Shown in pieces: positions 49,690-62,788 of a stretch of 64,000 nt of DNA (its first letter is position 1; each line of letters begins with the position of its first letter). The stretch covers positions 30,442,001-30,506,000 of the forward strand of contig OZ024740.1 in the NCBI GenBank assembly GCA_964016885.1, read 5' to 3'. The position numbers and the translations under genes are program-made. The notes beneath the pieces were generated by a model. It had not been told where the DNA came from. It saw only the letters and a list, made by a program, of their open reading frames with translations, and did not search any database. Source of the DNA: Eledone cirrhosa (Eukaryota).

Positions 49690-52587
49690 AATAATAACCT
49701 AACTATCTGTAACACTAACTTCAAAAGACGTGACAATCACCTGATCACCTATAGATCCGGGGAACACACAAGCCAGGTAGATTATATCCTTACCAGAAGA
49801 CGTGACAGAGTGTCTGTTGTAAACTCTAAATCCCTCCCCCATGAAGAATGCACCTCCCAACATAGACTGATAATTAGCGACCTCATAGTCAGGACGAGAC
49901 GTACTCGACAGCAGAAGAGGACTATCCTCGGGAGAAAAATATGGAAGCTAAAGGACCCCACAGCCAGAAATAAATTCCAAAGCATATTACTTGATGCTTT
50001 TGACAGTAAGGAAGAGCATTTAGAGTCGGACAATATAGAGGGACAGTGGGAATTCCTGAAAGCAAACCTGCTGATGGCGGCAGACGAAGTCTGTGGCTGG
50101 AGCAGGCCTGTAGGCAGGAGGAGAGTAACATGGTGGTGGAACAGTAAGGTGGAGGGGTCAATTAAGGCCAAAAAGCAGGCTTGGAAAGTATGGCGGGATG
50201 GGGGAAGTAGAGAAGACTATCAAGTGGCCAGGAGGGAAGCTAGGAGACAAGTGTACTTCGCAAGAAGGGAAGCAGAGGAAAGAAAGTTCAAGCATGTTCT
50301 ACAACGCGAGGACCAAAAATGTGAGGTGTTCAGGATTGCTAGGCAATGTGTCAAGGAAAACCGTGATATTGTCGGGGAGAAGTGTGTACTTAATGATGAC
50401 GGCGTACTTGCCATCACCGACGCTGATAAGAAGGTAGCTTGGAAGTGTCACTATGAAAGGCTACTAAATGAGGAGAATAAATGGGAGAAAGACAGTCTCC
50501 CCCACATCGACCCAATAGAGGGACCAGCAGTGTTAGTCGAGGGTAGTATAATAAGTAAGGCAATCAAGGATATGAAGACGGGTAAGGCGGCTGGGCCTTC
50601 GGAAATAGTTGTTGAGATGCTGAAGGCATCTGGCACGGTGGGACACACCATGGTCACCCGGATAGTTAACCAAGTCGTACAGAATGGGGTTGTTCCGAAG
50701 GACTGGTATAGCAGCATCATCGTTAACTGTTATAAGGGTAAAGGAGATGCCCTAGATAGGAGTAACTATAGAGGCATTAAATTAATCGACCAGGTCATGA
50801 AGGTCATGGAAAAAGTAATAGCGCAACTAATCAGAGAGAGAATTGACCTAGATGAAATGCAGTTCGGGTTTGTGTCAGGCAAAAGTACCACAGACGCTCT
50901 TTTTATTGTACGACAACTACAGGAGAAGTACCTAGCTAAAAGTAAACCCCTCTACTTAGCTTTTGTCGACTTGGAGAAAGCCTTCGACAGAGTCCCCCGT
51001 TCCATTATCTGGTGGGCCCTTAGAAAACTAGGTGTCGACGAATGGCTTGTGAGAGCTATACAAGCCATGTATAAAGAAACAGTGAGCAAGGTTAGAATTA
51101 ACAACGAATATAGTGAAGAGTTTAGCGTAAAAGTTGGCGTCCATCAGGGCTCTGTTCTCAGCCCCCTACTATTTATTATTGCCCTTCAGGCTATAACAGA
51201 GGAGTTCAAGACCGGCTGCCCATGGGAACTCCTATACGCAGACGACCTAACACTCATAGCTGAATCAATGGCCGAGCTAGAGAAGAAATTCCAAACATTG
51301 AAGCACGGCCTAGAATCAAAAGGCCTTAAAATTAACCTGGCTAAGACCAAAGTTCTAGTTTGTAGGAAAGAAAATAAGGCGTCGTTCCCTTCCGGGAAGT
51401 GGCCATGCTCAGTGTGTAGGAAAGGCGTAGGTAGCAACTCCATTTTGTGTCAGAAATGCAAAGTATGGGTGCATAAAAGATGTAGTGGGATCACAGATAA
51501 GCTAACTAAGAACATAGATTTCACATGTGGCCGGTGCTCTGGTGCAATAAGTAGCAGCAAGTGCCCACAAAATACTAGCTCATTCCATTGCGCAGAGGGC
51601 TCTATAGAAATAGTGGACCGCTTCCGTTACCTGGGTGACAAAATCAGCAGTGGGGGAGGGTGCTCTGAAAGTACAGTAGCTAGAGTCAGAACTGGATGGA
51701 AAAAGTTCAGAGAGCTTATACCACTATTAGCCGCTAAAGGGTTCTCCCTAAAAACGAAAGGCAGGTTGTATGATGCCTGCATACGAACAGCAATGTTGCA
51801 TGGCAGTGAGACCTGGGCATTGTGTGCAGAGGATATACGCAGACTAGAGAGGAACGAAGCTTGCATGCTCCGCTGGATGTGTAATAGTAATATACGTGAA
51901 CGGCAAAGCATAAATGAACTAAGGAAAAAATTAGAGATAAGAGGGATCAGATGTTGTTTACTCGAGAGAAGGCGACGTTGGTATGGACACGTGATGCGCA
52001 TGAAAGTCGATAGCTGTATAACAAAGTGCAGGGCAATAAAGATAGACGGTAGCCACGGAGTAGGCAGACCCAGAAAAACCTGGGACGACTTGATAAATTC
52101 CGACCTCACACACTTACACCTCTCCAAGACAATGTCACTGGACCGAGATCTTTGGCGCTACACAGTAATAGAGAAGACCCGCCTTACCTAAATACATAGT
52201 AAAACCTACTACAGTCAGTAGGCATCTCTAACAAAATACACCCCCGTCCCACCCACCCCCCACCCCATCCACACCACCCCTTCCAATGTAAAGTTATGTT
52301 GGTACCACAACATCCAGTCCGAAATAAATGAGCACGTGTAGGTGTCACGACAAAAAAACCACACACTCCACGCTGTAATGTGGCCGTGTAGGCAACACGG
52401 TAAAAACCTCCCAGACCCACACTGTAAATGTGGTTGGTGTTAGGAAGGGCATCCAACTGTAGAAAACCTGCCAGACAGTCCTATGCGAGCAAGACAATCA
52501 CTCTTGCCTCAAGTGGGAAAACCCCCGTCCAAACCCATGCAAGCGTGGAACACGGACGTTAAACGTTGATGATGATGTTGATGATGA
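49690..52587 (+). mobile_element. 5'-truncated RTE-clade LINE with uninterrupted ORF (APE C-terminus, RT with YADD, PHD-like finger) and 3' UTR ending in (TGA)n
   Basis: SQVDYIL..SQHR (APE end), NYRGIKL, QFGF, AFVDLEKAFDRV, GVHQGSVLSPLLF, LLYADD, FRYLG, RWYGHV; no stops to 52191. Confidence 0.95.
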
Positions 52588-52985
52588 TATATATATGTGT
52601 GTGTGTGTGTATTAGTTTTTATATATATATGTGTGTATATATATATATATATATACACATACATATTGAGACCATTGGCCTTGCAATCGAAAGGTTGTGA
52701 GTCCATTTCTCACACCGGGTGATGTGTTGTTTCCTTAAGCAAGACACTTTATTTCCCATTGCTCCAGTTTACTCAGCTGTAGAAATGAAATGATAGGACT
52801 GGGATCCCTATCATTCCACTGCAAAGTGGTCGTGGAGGTGCCACGGCAAAAAAGCACCCAGCACTCACTGTAAATGAGGTTGGTGTTAGGAAGGGCATCC
52901 AGCTGTAGAAATCAAGCCAGAATCAGTTCCCATCCCACCCTTGCAAGCAGGGAAAAAGTGGACGTAAAATGAAATGATGATGAAT

Positions 52986-53320
52986 GCTCCCAGCTGTGGT
53001 CACCCCATAGTATCAAACTAACCATGGAGCTTGAAGCAATCCAATGAAGCTACACCAAGAAGGTTGCCACGATGAAGGAGATAAACTACTGGGAGAGTCT
53101 AAAAGAACTGAAACTCTACTCCTCGGAATGAAGACGGGAGAGATATGCAATGATATACATATGGAAAATCCTGGGGGGACTAAGACCAAACTTGTGCATT
53201 GAGAGCTGGACCAATTCTCGAACAGGACGTCGCTGTGTGGTACCAAAGGTCCCGTCTTCCACATCTAGAATCAGGAGCAGCTATTGCAATAGCCTGGGGT
53301 TTAAAGGCCCTCAACTTGGT
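52986..53320 (+). mobile_element. CR1-like LINE 3' fragment
   Basis: NYWESLKELKLYS...RERYAMIYIWKILGG; same family as 56780-57410. Confidence 0.75.
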
Positions 53321-54059
53321 TTTCAAAATTTAAATTTGTGTTTCCTATTCATCAATGCTTCAAGCAAGCTATAAAACTGTTATATTTCATCATCATCATT
53401 TTATGTCAGTTCTTCTACGCTAGCATGGGTTAGACGGGTTGTCCTGTTGTGGGCAGTGTCCGGTCGACTGACCTTGTCTTGCTCATACGGGAACTGATTC
53501 TGTCTTGATTTCTACAGCTGGATGCCCTTCCTAACACCAACCTCATTTACAGTGAGTGCTGGGTGTTTTTTTTTCTTTTTGCCGTGGCACCTCCACAACC
53601 ACTTTACAGTGGAATGATAGGGACCCCAGTCCTATCATCTCATTTCTACAGCTGAGTAAACTGAAGCAATGTCAAATAAAGTGTCTTGCTCAAGGAAACC
53701 ACATCACCCGGTCCGAGAATTAAACTCACAACCTTTCAATTGCAAGCCCAATGCTCTAACCACTGAACCATGTGCCTTCTATTGTTGGCAATGTTAAGTC
53801 AGGTGACCATGTCTTGCTCATAAAGAACTGATTTTGGCTTGGTTTCTACAGCTGGATGCCCTTCCTAATGCCAAGCTCATTTACAGTGAGTACTGGGTGT
53901 TTTTTGTTGTGATTCCTCCACGACTACTTTACAGTGTGGACTGGGTGTTTTTTACCGTGTCACCATCACGACCACTTTACAGTGTTTCGGCCTGTTCTCA
54001 TGAAAGATATATTGGCGGGTGGGATGGAGTGGTGCATACTGTATGTATGTTTCAGCCTT

Positions 54060-54765
54060 GGCCTGGTCCCGTGGGAAGTTGGGGTTTCTGTATTACCTCA
54101 TAACGCCAGAGATCTTGGTCCTGTGTCATTGCCTTTCAGAGGTGCAATTGGGCAAGGTCGGCTTTTATCACTTCATCTCAAGTCTTTCTGGGACTTTATG
54201 TAGCTGTCATCCTTCATACGAATCACATATCCATAGCAACATAATTTCCTCTCCTGCACACAACATTTGATTCCTCTTATGCCTAGTTTCTCTTTCAGTT
54301 TGTTTATGCTTTGCTGTTCGCGTATATTACTATTACACATCCATCGGAGCATTCAAGCTTCATTCCTTTCTAATCTACACAAGTCTTCTACACACAGCAC
54401 CCAGCTCTCACTACCATGCAACATTGCCGTTCATATGCACACATCATACAGTCTACCTTTTATTCTGAGGGAAAAGCCTTTTGTATCCAGCTGTGGCAGC
54501 AGCTCCCTCAACTTCTTCCATCTCGTTCTTTCAGAACAGCCCCCCCCCCTCCGCTGCTAATTCGGTATTGTTTTTACCAAGTCCTCCCAGACTTTGATGT
54601 CACTTGTTTTCAGTAATTGTTTGCTGCTTACTGTCCTGGTGCAATTGCTACATGTAAAGCCTACATTCTTAACTAAACTTCCTGAGATCCCACTACATCT
54701 CTTGTGTACCCATAGTTTGCATATGGAGCAGAGGATGGAGTTTCTAAATACACCTCTCCTACATA
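54060..54765 (-). mobile_element. Degenerate RTE LINE fragment related to the 49690 element
   Basis: LCRRGVFRNSILCSICKLWVHKRCSG...FTCSNC plus downstream C-terminal motifs, frameshifted. Confidence 0.85.
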
Positions 54766-54810
54766 ATGAGCACACACAGACACATATATACACACACTCA
54801 CATATATATA

Positions 54811-55660
54811 CTAGCCGAATTACCAGCGCCTTGCTGCGTTTCACATATTTTTTTTGTAAGAAAATGATGATTGATTTTAAATCAGTGATATAATTTATGG
54901 AGAAAAACTCAATATTACTCAATGTAAAATATAATGCATGAAAAATTGGAAAACATCATTTTTTGTAATATATCAAATCAAAATTGCATTATTAAATCTT
55001 ATTCTTATTTTGTTTCTTGTAAATAATTTTTTTCAAAATATCAATTGAAAACTTTTGTGAATAGGCATCATATCTTGTCATTTACCTATGGTTTAAGTTT
55101 CATATAAATCGAAAGGGAAAAGTTTTCAGTGGGGGTTTGTACCCCCGGGGAACCCTAATAGGGGGTTTAACCACCATTAAGATGTCTTATAGTATTGACA
55201 TTTTGTGAATAGGCATCATATCTCTTCATCTATCTATGGTTTAAATTGCATATAAATCGAACCGAAAAAATTTTCAGCGGGGATTTTGTGCCCCCTGGTG
55301 AACCCTAAATAGGGGGTTTAACCCCCATTAGGGTATTTTAATTTTATTGAAATTTGCTGAAATTTTGTGAATAGGCATCATATCTTGTCATTTACCTATG
55401 GTTTAAATTTCATATAAATCGAAGGTAAAGTTTCAGCGGCGGTTTTGTGCCCCCGATGAACCCTTTGATTAAAATGAAATATACTTATACAAGTACCCTG
55501 GGCAATGTAATTTCAGAATATATATGGTTATGGGGGTCTATCTCCAAAACCGTAGGAGGAGTTTGTAAAATCTTGTTCCATTTATTGGCCAAACTTTTCA
55601 CTATAGGGCGTTTAATATTATTGTCTTAATATTATTGAAATTTGCACAGACACACATCAC
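54811..55660 (-). mobile_element. Probable Helitron (3' end at 54811) with three ~150-bp internal tandem repeats
   Basis: a|CTAGCCGAATTACCAGCGCCTTGCTGCG terminus; repeats ttttgtgaataggcatcatatc at ~55053, 55201, 55363. Confidence 0.55.
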
Positions 55661-55664
55661 ACAC

Positions 55665-56416
55665 ATCATCATCATCATCATCATCATCAACGTTTAACGT
55701 CCGTGTTCCACGCTTGCATGGGTTTGGACGGGGGTAGTCCCACTTGAGGCAAGAGTGATTGTCTTGCTCGCATAGGACTGTCTGGCAGGTTTTCTACAGT
55801 TGGATGCCCTTCCTAACACCAACCACATTTACAGTGTGGGTCTGGGAGGTTTTTACCGTGTTGCCTACACGGCCACATTACAGCATGGACTGTGTGGTTT
55901 TTTGTCGTGACACCTACACGATCTCATTTGTTTCGGCCTGGATGGCGCGGCACCAACATAACTTTACATAGAACAGGGTGGTGTGGATGGGGTGGGGGTG
56001 GTGGGACGGGGGTGTATTTTGTTAGAGATGCCTACTGGCTGGAGTAGGTTTTACTATATATTTAGGTAAGGCGGGTCTTCTCTGTTACTGAGTACCGCCA
56101 AAGGTCTCGGTGGTACGGCGGGTCTTCTCTGTTACTGAGTACCGCCAAAGGTCTCGGTCCAGTGACATTGTCTTGGAGAGGTGTAAGTGTGTGAGGTCGG
56201 AGTTTATCAGCTCGTCCCAGGTTTTTCTAGGTCTGCCTATTCCGTGGCTACCGTCTATCTTTATTGCCCTGCACTTTGTTATACAGCTATCGACTTTCAT
56301 GCGCATCACGTGTCCATACCAACGTAGCCTTCTCTCGAGTAAACAACATCTGATCCCTCTTATCTCTAATTTTTTCCTTAGTTCGTTTATGCTTTGCCGT
56401 TCACGTATATTACTGT

Positions 56417-56420
<4 letters not shown>
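55665..56420 (-). mobile_element. 5'-truncated copy of the 49690 RTE LINE, inverted, with an internal ~48-bp tandem duplication
   Basis: Near-identical to 51880-52587; ggcgggtcttctctgttactgagtaccgccaaaggtctcgg occurs twice. Confidence 0.92.
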
Positions 56421-56458
<38 letters not shown>

Positions 56459-56779
56459 AACACACACACACATATATATATATACACACACTACACAAAT
56501 ACACACACACATATTTATATCTTTTAGCAGAGCATTTTAATATTGCCACTCAATGAAAACCCTTTGTTTGTTTGGAATAAATGAATCTTGAAAATTAGGA
56601 GTGCCTGTCAGTGTGTATGTGTTTGACTACTTAGCATCAATTTACTACTCTCCCCTACCACCAGAAAATACCACCATATTACATTGACAGTCAGCTTTTC
56701 TGATAATTTACTCCAAATGAAACAGTTCTAGTCCTGTTGAAGCCATTTCTATATTAAATATATATATATATACTCTTGT

Positions 56780-57410
56780 AGCTGTTCCAGCCATCCGGCT
56801 GAGACCATGATTGGACACTGCCCTTGTTGCTACACATTCTATCTCCAGCCTGTGTTGGCTGGCCATTGATGTAAGAGGGAGTTCGTTGCTGCTGCCCTTA
56901 GGTTACCTTCATACCGTGATGTGGGCTCATCCGGGATCCTGGATAACAGGGTGTCGAGAAGTTTCTTGAAAATATCCACGGCCACACCATGTAGATCTCT
57001 CAAATTCCTTGGCAGTTTGTTGAAGAGTTGAGGGCCTTTGAACCCCAGTCTATTGCAATATCTGCTTCTTGTTCTAGATGTGGAAGACGGGACCTTTATC
57101 ACCACACAGTGACGTCCTGTTCGGGGGGTTGGTCCTGCTCTCAATACCAAAGTTTGGTGCTAGTCCCTCCAGGATTTTCCATATGTATATCCCTGCGTAT
57201 CTCTCCCATCTTCGTTCCAAGGAGTAGAGTTTCAGTTCTTTTAGCCTCTCCCAGTAGCTCATCTCCTTCATCGTGCAATCCTCTTGGGGTAGCTTCGTTG
57301 GATTGTCTCAAGTTCCGTGGTTAGTTTGATACTATGGGGTGACCACAGCTGGGAGCAATAGTCCAGGCGGCTTAGGACAAATGGCCTTCATAGTATTAAC
57401 ATGGTCTCCC
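56780..57410 (-). mobile_element. CR1-like LINE 3' fragment
   Basis: SYWERLKELKLYSLERR.ERY...GPQLFNKLPRNLR...FKKLLDTLLSRIPDEP. Confidence 0.8.
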
Positions 57411-57518
57411 GGTCTCTTATATAGAAAACCTCAAATAAAAGTCAAGATTTGTTTCGATTTAACAGAACAGAAAGAATTCGCGTCAGGATATTCCAACCAA
57501 TCCAGCCTATATCAGCTG

Positions 57519-57519
<1 letters not shown>

Positions 57520-57549
<30 letters not shown>

Positions 57550-58083
57550 GTTTAACGTCCATGTTCCACGCTTGCATGGGTTTGGATGGGAGTTTTCCCA
57601 CTTGAGGCAAGAGTGGTTGTCTTGCTCGCATAGGACTATCTGGCGGGTTTTCTACAGCTGGATGCCCTTCCTAACACCAACCACATTTACAGTGTGGGAC
57701 TGGGAGGTTTTTACCGTGTTACCTACACGGCCACATTACAGCGTGGACTGTGTGTTTTTTGTCGTGACACCTACACAATCTCATTTGTTTCGGCCTGGAT
57801 GTTGTTGCACCAACATAACTTTACATTGAAAGGGGCGGTGTGACGGGGGTGTATTTTGTTAGAGATGCCTACTGACTGTAGTAGGATTTACTTTGTATTT
57901 AGGTAAGGCGGGTCTTCTCTATTACTGAGTACCGCCAAAGGTCTCGGTCCAGTGACATTGTCTTGGAGAGGTGTAAGTGTGTGAGGTCGGAATTTATCAG
58001 CTCGTCCCGGGTTTTTCTGGGTCTGCCTACTCCGTGGCTACCATCTATCTTTATTGCCCTGCACTTTGTTATACAGCTGTCGT
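57520..58083 (-). mobile_element. Second 5'-truncated inverted copy of the 49690 RTE LINE
   Basis: DSCITKCRAIKIDGSHGVGRPRKT...EKTRLT* plus the same 3' UTR and (TGA)n tail. Confidence 0.92.
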
Positions 58084-58127
58084 CTAAATATGTATATGGA
58101 GATATATATATACACACCCACATTCAC

Positions 58128-58158
<31 letters not shown>

Positions 58159-58910
58159 CACGCACACACACATATATATACACACACGCACGCACACACA
58201 CATATATATACACACACACACACTCAAACACACACACATACATACACGCATGCATGCATACATGATGGCTGCCCCCTCATTATCGAGTATGGCCATTGCA
58301 CGATATACCATTATTAATAATTATTAATTAATTCTATCGTGCAATGCCTGTGCATGAAGATATTTTTTTAAATGAGGAAAGACTGTGCACTGAGCCAATC
58401 CCACTCTCTGAGCGACAGTAGCTATAACCCGAAAAGAAGAAAATATCAACATCATCGGTAACTACTGAGCCGCAGGTTTTATATCAGAGTTATCCCAGTT
58501 TCCTGAGTTGCCTTCTCCTAGAAGAATGCCCTGACAAAAGCTAGGGTTCCTTCACTCCCAGTGGTTTAACTGCGCGATCGGGAGTCCAGCCCAATTATTT
58601 CTATGTCCCCGCGCATGTACATACACATGCACCCATTTATATACACATATACATATACATACATATGTACATGTGTATATACATATTTACACACTTTTGG
58701 ATGGCCGTTGACTCTAATGAGATCTTCCGCCCTTTGTCAGGTTTTGTTTTTTGTCCTGCAGGGTGTCCAAAATCACCCTCCTCACCAAGTAAACTTGGTG
58801 GGGTTGCCGGTTTAGTCGCCGACGACCCGACCAAGCGACAGGTTGTACTGGGTTACATGTTACCAGTAGCACTCAAGAGTGACCCGACATACATACATAC
58901 ATGCATACTA

Positions 58911-61366
58911 CATGATGGCTGCAAACTCGTGTTCAAGTATTGCCATCACCCGATAAAATGTTCAAAAATGTGAAGCTCAAATGTGACTCTTTAAACCAGC
59001 CAAATACTTGCACCCTCTGGCACACACATGGCAACTTTAGGCTCCCCCGAAACCTTCCATTGCTTTGTTCTGGCTGTATGTTCACATGTATCTTTTAAGA
59101 CCTCCCATGCTTGTACATTTCTTACACCTTTTCAGATCATGATCTACATGAGGTCTACTGATATGACTTTGTTCATGTCTAATCAAACGAGCTTTGCTCA
59201 GGCTGACTTGACCACAGTGCTGGCAAACCAGATGATGTTCAACAGCAGGCAGTTCAGAACAGTCTCAATCCTCACCTTCCTTTTCAGTGTTAGGTGTTCT
59301 CTCCGACGAGTTTCAAAGTGTTCACCATCTGACTTGATCAAACGTCTCCACTTCACACGCTTGTCAGCCATTTTCTCCCATTCGTCAGATGAAATTCCAG
59401 CACAAGCCAAGGTGCCCCTGATACAGTCCCGGTACCGCCTTTTTGGTTTATGTGGTGGTCGCCTTCCTTCACACAGTTCTCCATAGAGAAGTTGCTTTGG
59501 AATACGATCATTAGACATCCGGACCACGTGACTGCACCACCTCAACTGATACCGAAAGATTATGCTCGCTATAGTCATGCACCTGCTCCGTTCTAGAACT
59601 TCCAAATCACTGGCGAACATTTTTCCACCACACCCCAAGTAACTTATGAAGAGATTGTTGGTGAAATCTCTCCAGATCCTTGAGGTGCTTTCTGTATGTG
59701 ACCCACGTTTCACAAACATAAAGTAAAGAGGAGACGACACAAGTCAGATACACTTTCACCTTGGTTTTGATAGTGATACCTCGTCTGGACCATAAACGTT
59801 GATGCAGCCGTCCAAAAGCATCACTGGCTTTCTTGATTCTTAAGGATATTTCATTATCATGTGTGCATGAAGTGTTCAACGTACTACCAAGGTAAACAAA
59901 CTTGTCAGCAACTTTTAGCCTCTTTCCGTACACGTACACACTTGGTGCAGTGTACTCGTTTCCAGGTACTGGCTGATACATCACAACAGTCTTTTCCAAG
60001 CTTATTGTGACGCCCAAAGTGCTGCAAGCTGCAGAAAAAGAGTTCATAATATGCTGCATGTCACTTTGTGAGTGTGCAAAAAGATCGCAGTCGTCTGCAT
60101 ACAAAAACTCTCGGATTATAGATGTTAATACCTTTGTGCTTGTACCAAAGCGCCTGATGTTGAACAACCTTCCTGAAGTGCGATACCTGATGTAAACCCC
60201 ATGAGAACAATATTTGAATGCCATGAGAAACACTATCGTAAAATATAAGGAAAACAGCTGATATCAACTGATATTGGTTCAGAGATGCTACCACCAATAC
60301 TGACCAAAGCCTTCATGTCATCATGGAAAAGATGCAGAATCTTCTCCTCTACCTTGGATTTTTTTCCCACAACGCAGTTCGATTGACAGTGTCAAAGGCC
60401 TTTGTCAAGTCAACAAAGACCTGGTAAAGGTCCATACATTGTTTGATACACTTTTCTTGCAGCTGCCGAGCAGAAACGATCATATCCACTGTTCCTCTTT
60501 CGTTTCTGGACCCACACTGCGACTCAGGCAACACATTCAGAGCAACTCTTGGGATCAATCTATCCATCAATATTCGAGAAGACTTTACCAACTACTGAAA
60601 GAAGGGATATGACATGATAATTGCCACATTTGTCCTTGCCGTCCTTTCCTTTATGGAGAATCACCATGAGCGCATCCTTCTTGTGGGACATTCTCATCTT
60701 CCCACACCATTTTCATGAGGTCAGTCAGGCGCTGCGTGAAGTTTTCACCACCACACTTCAAAACCACTCCACTCAGACCATCCATACCAGGAGACTTACC
60801 ACAGTTCAGCTTATGCACAACAGAAGTCCTCTCTGCAAGAGAAGATACATTAGCCATCTCATATGCTTCACTGGTTCAATAGGAATGGAACAAATAAAAT
60901 CATCATCAACCTGGGATGGCTGGTTTAAGAGCTCATCAAAGTGATCTCTCTATCTGTCGAGTGTCTTTTGGGTCGCGCAGTAATTGCTTGCCATCTTTCG
61001 ATCTCAAAGGGGCCACTGGAGAGCTGAAAGGGCCATACACCTCTCTGTGAGTAGAAAGTGCGGCAGTTTCACATTGTTGCCGTCAGATGCCACTTGAACT
61101 TCATCTGCTTTGTTGCTCCACCAGGTATTTTGCATAGCCCTGAGTTTCACCTGCACTTCCTTCTTTACCTGTCTGTAACGCTCATAATTGACACCAACAG
61201 AGCTACCACCTTTAAGAACTGCATCAAGTGCCTTTTGTTTTCTGTCTAGCAGAGCCTTGACCTCCTGGTCATTCTCATCAAACCAGTCCTTGTTTTCTTG
61301 TGACAAAACCAAGGACCTCTGCTGAAGCCTCATAGACCGAGCTCCTGAAGTCCTTCCAGTTGTTCT
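58911..61366 (-). mobile_element. Degenerate RTE/BovB-like LINE
   Basis: DWFDEND, LPESQCG, VFVDLTKAFDTV, FLYADD, FVYLGS, QLRWCSHVVRM, IPKQLLYGEL; multiple frameshifts; (CATA)n on both flanks. Confidence 0.9.
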
Positions 61367-62099
61367 CATACACGCATACATACTTACATATATACATGTA
61401 TACATACATGCATACATCCATCCATACATACATGTATACACACATACATCCATCCATACGTGTATACATACATACAATGGTTAAAGTGTTTGACTGACGA
61501 CCATAAGTTCATGGGTTCATATTTGGGACCGGGTAGTTATTGAATCAACCTGATATCTATGTTTATTATACAGCACACTTCCTCTTTGGTATAATATGAC
61601 ACATAGTAATATCTAACATAGTACCCATCTAATCTGTTATAATATGATTTACCTTTCCTCTGTGAAGGCACATGCCTTAGGGGTTACGGTACTGGACTAA
61701 CCATTATAAAGTCATGAGCTCGTTTCTTCGATCCTGCAGCATGTTGCGTCCTTCAGTAAAATACTTTAGTTTGTGTAGCATCTTCTACCAGGACTTGCGG
61801 CAGACAGATAATATCAGTAATAGAAAAACCTTGTTTCATTAGTATGACCTGGAAATCAGTTCCACTCTATTTATCTTCTTTATTAAAGGCAATCAAATTA
61901 TTTTTTATTTTATTCTCTTTCTTATTTTTCCATGTTTGTTAAATAAATTCCAAAAAATCGAATTAAATTGAAATTTTGTAATAAAATTTCCATAAAAGTT
62001 AATGTTTACAATACAATAAAATGTAATAAAATGTATTGAAGTCGACGAAATGTGGACCTTCATTTTTGAAAGATGGATAATGCTATAAGCAGACCTTAC

Positions 62100-62336
62100 A
62101 ATATTGTACCACAATTTTCCTTTGTGCAAAAGTGGGCAGCCGAATTTAGGAAAGGATAGGGGATTCTTGAAGATGACCCAATGTCTGGACGTCCTACAAC
62201 TGCCACTACCGAGGAAAACATTGATCTCAGTACTGCAACACCGATGGAAGAAGTGTGTGGAACGCAAGGGAGACTATGTTGAAAAATAAACCTCATTTGG
62301 TCACATTCCATGAGAGCATCTTTGTCAACCCTCGTA
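62100..62336 (+). mobile_element. Internally deleted mariner fragment
   Basis: VQKWAAEFRKG..LEDDP.SGRPTTATTEENID joined to RWKKCVERKGDYVEK*; 3' TIR ...AACCCTCG|TA. Confidence 0.8.
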
Positions 62337-62371
62337 TCTATGCGCAATATACGTAAAGATACAGAATTGCG

Positions 62372-62788
62372 GGCACTACAACGCTATTAGCTGTCATATT
62401 TGTCAGTGAAAAAAATTTGATTATAAAACTTAAATTTATGAATGACTTGTTTTCTACATTGATAACCATGACTTGTTTTCTAATTAACTTAAATTTGTTT
62501 TCTAATTTGGCCCTTTTAAGGGCCACCTATATTTTCATTTAAGTAACTCCACTTACATCGATATGCTTTATAACCATCACTTGTTTTCTATTTGTTTTCT
62601 AATTTAGCCCTTTTAAGTCTTCCCTCTCTCTCTCTTCCCTATCTCTCCTCTTCCCTCTCTCTCTAAAAAAAAAAACGCGTGAAAACTCCACTTACGCGTG
62701 GTAGTAATACGGAAATAAACGATGTTGACGAGTGACGTCACCTTCGCCTGTTTTCCACTGGACTGACAGCTAATAGCGTTGTAGTGCC
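62372..62788. mobile_element. MITE with 25-bp TIRs
   Basis: GGCACTACAACGCTATTAGCTGTCA ... TGACAGCTAATAGCGTTGTAGTGCC; partial copy at ~34398-34610. Confidence 0.75.

Noticed and set aside
49582-49690. N-terminus of the 869-aa ORF
   Set aside because: Derived from an adjacent inverted SINE/RTE tail and TA run; RTE homology starts at about NNLTICNT
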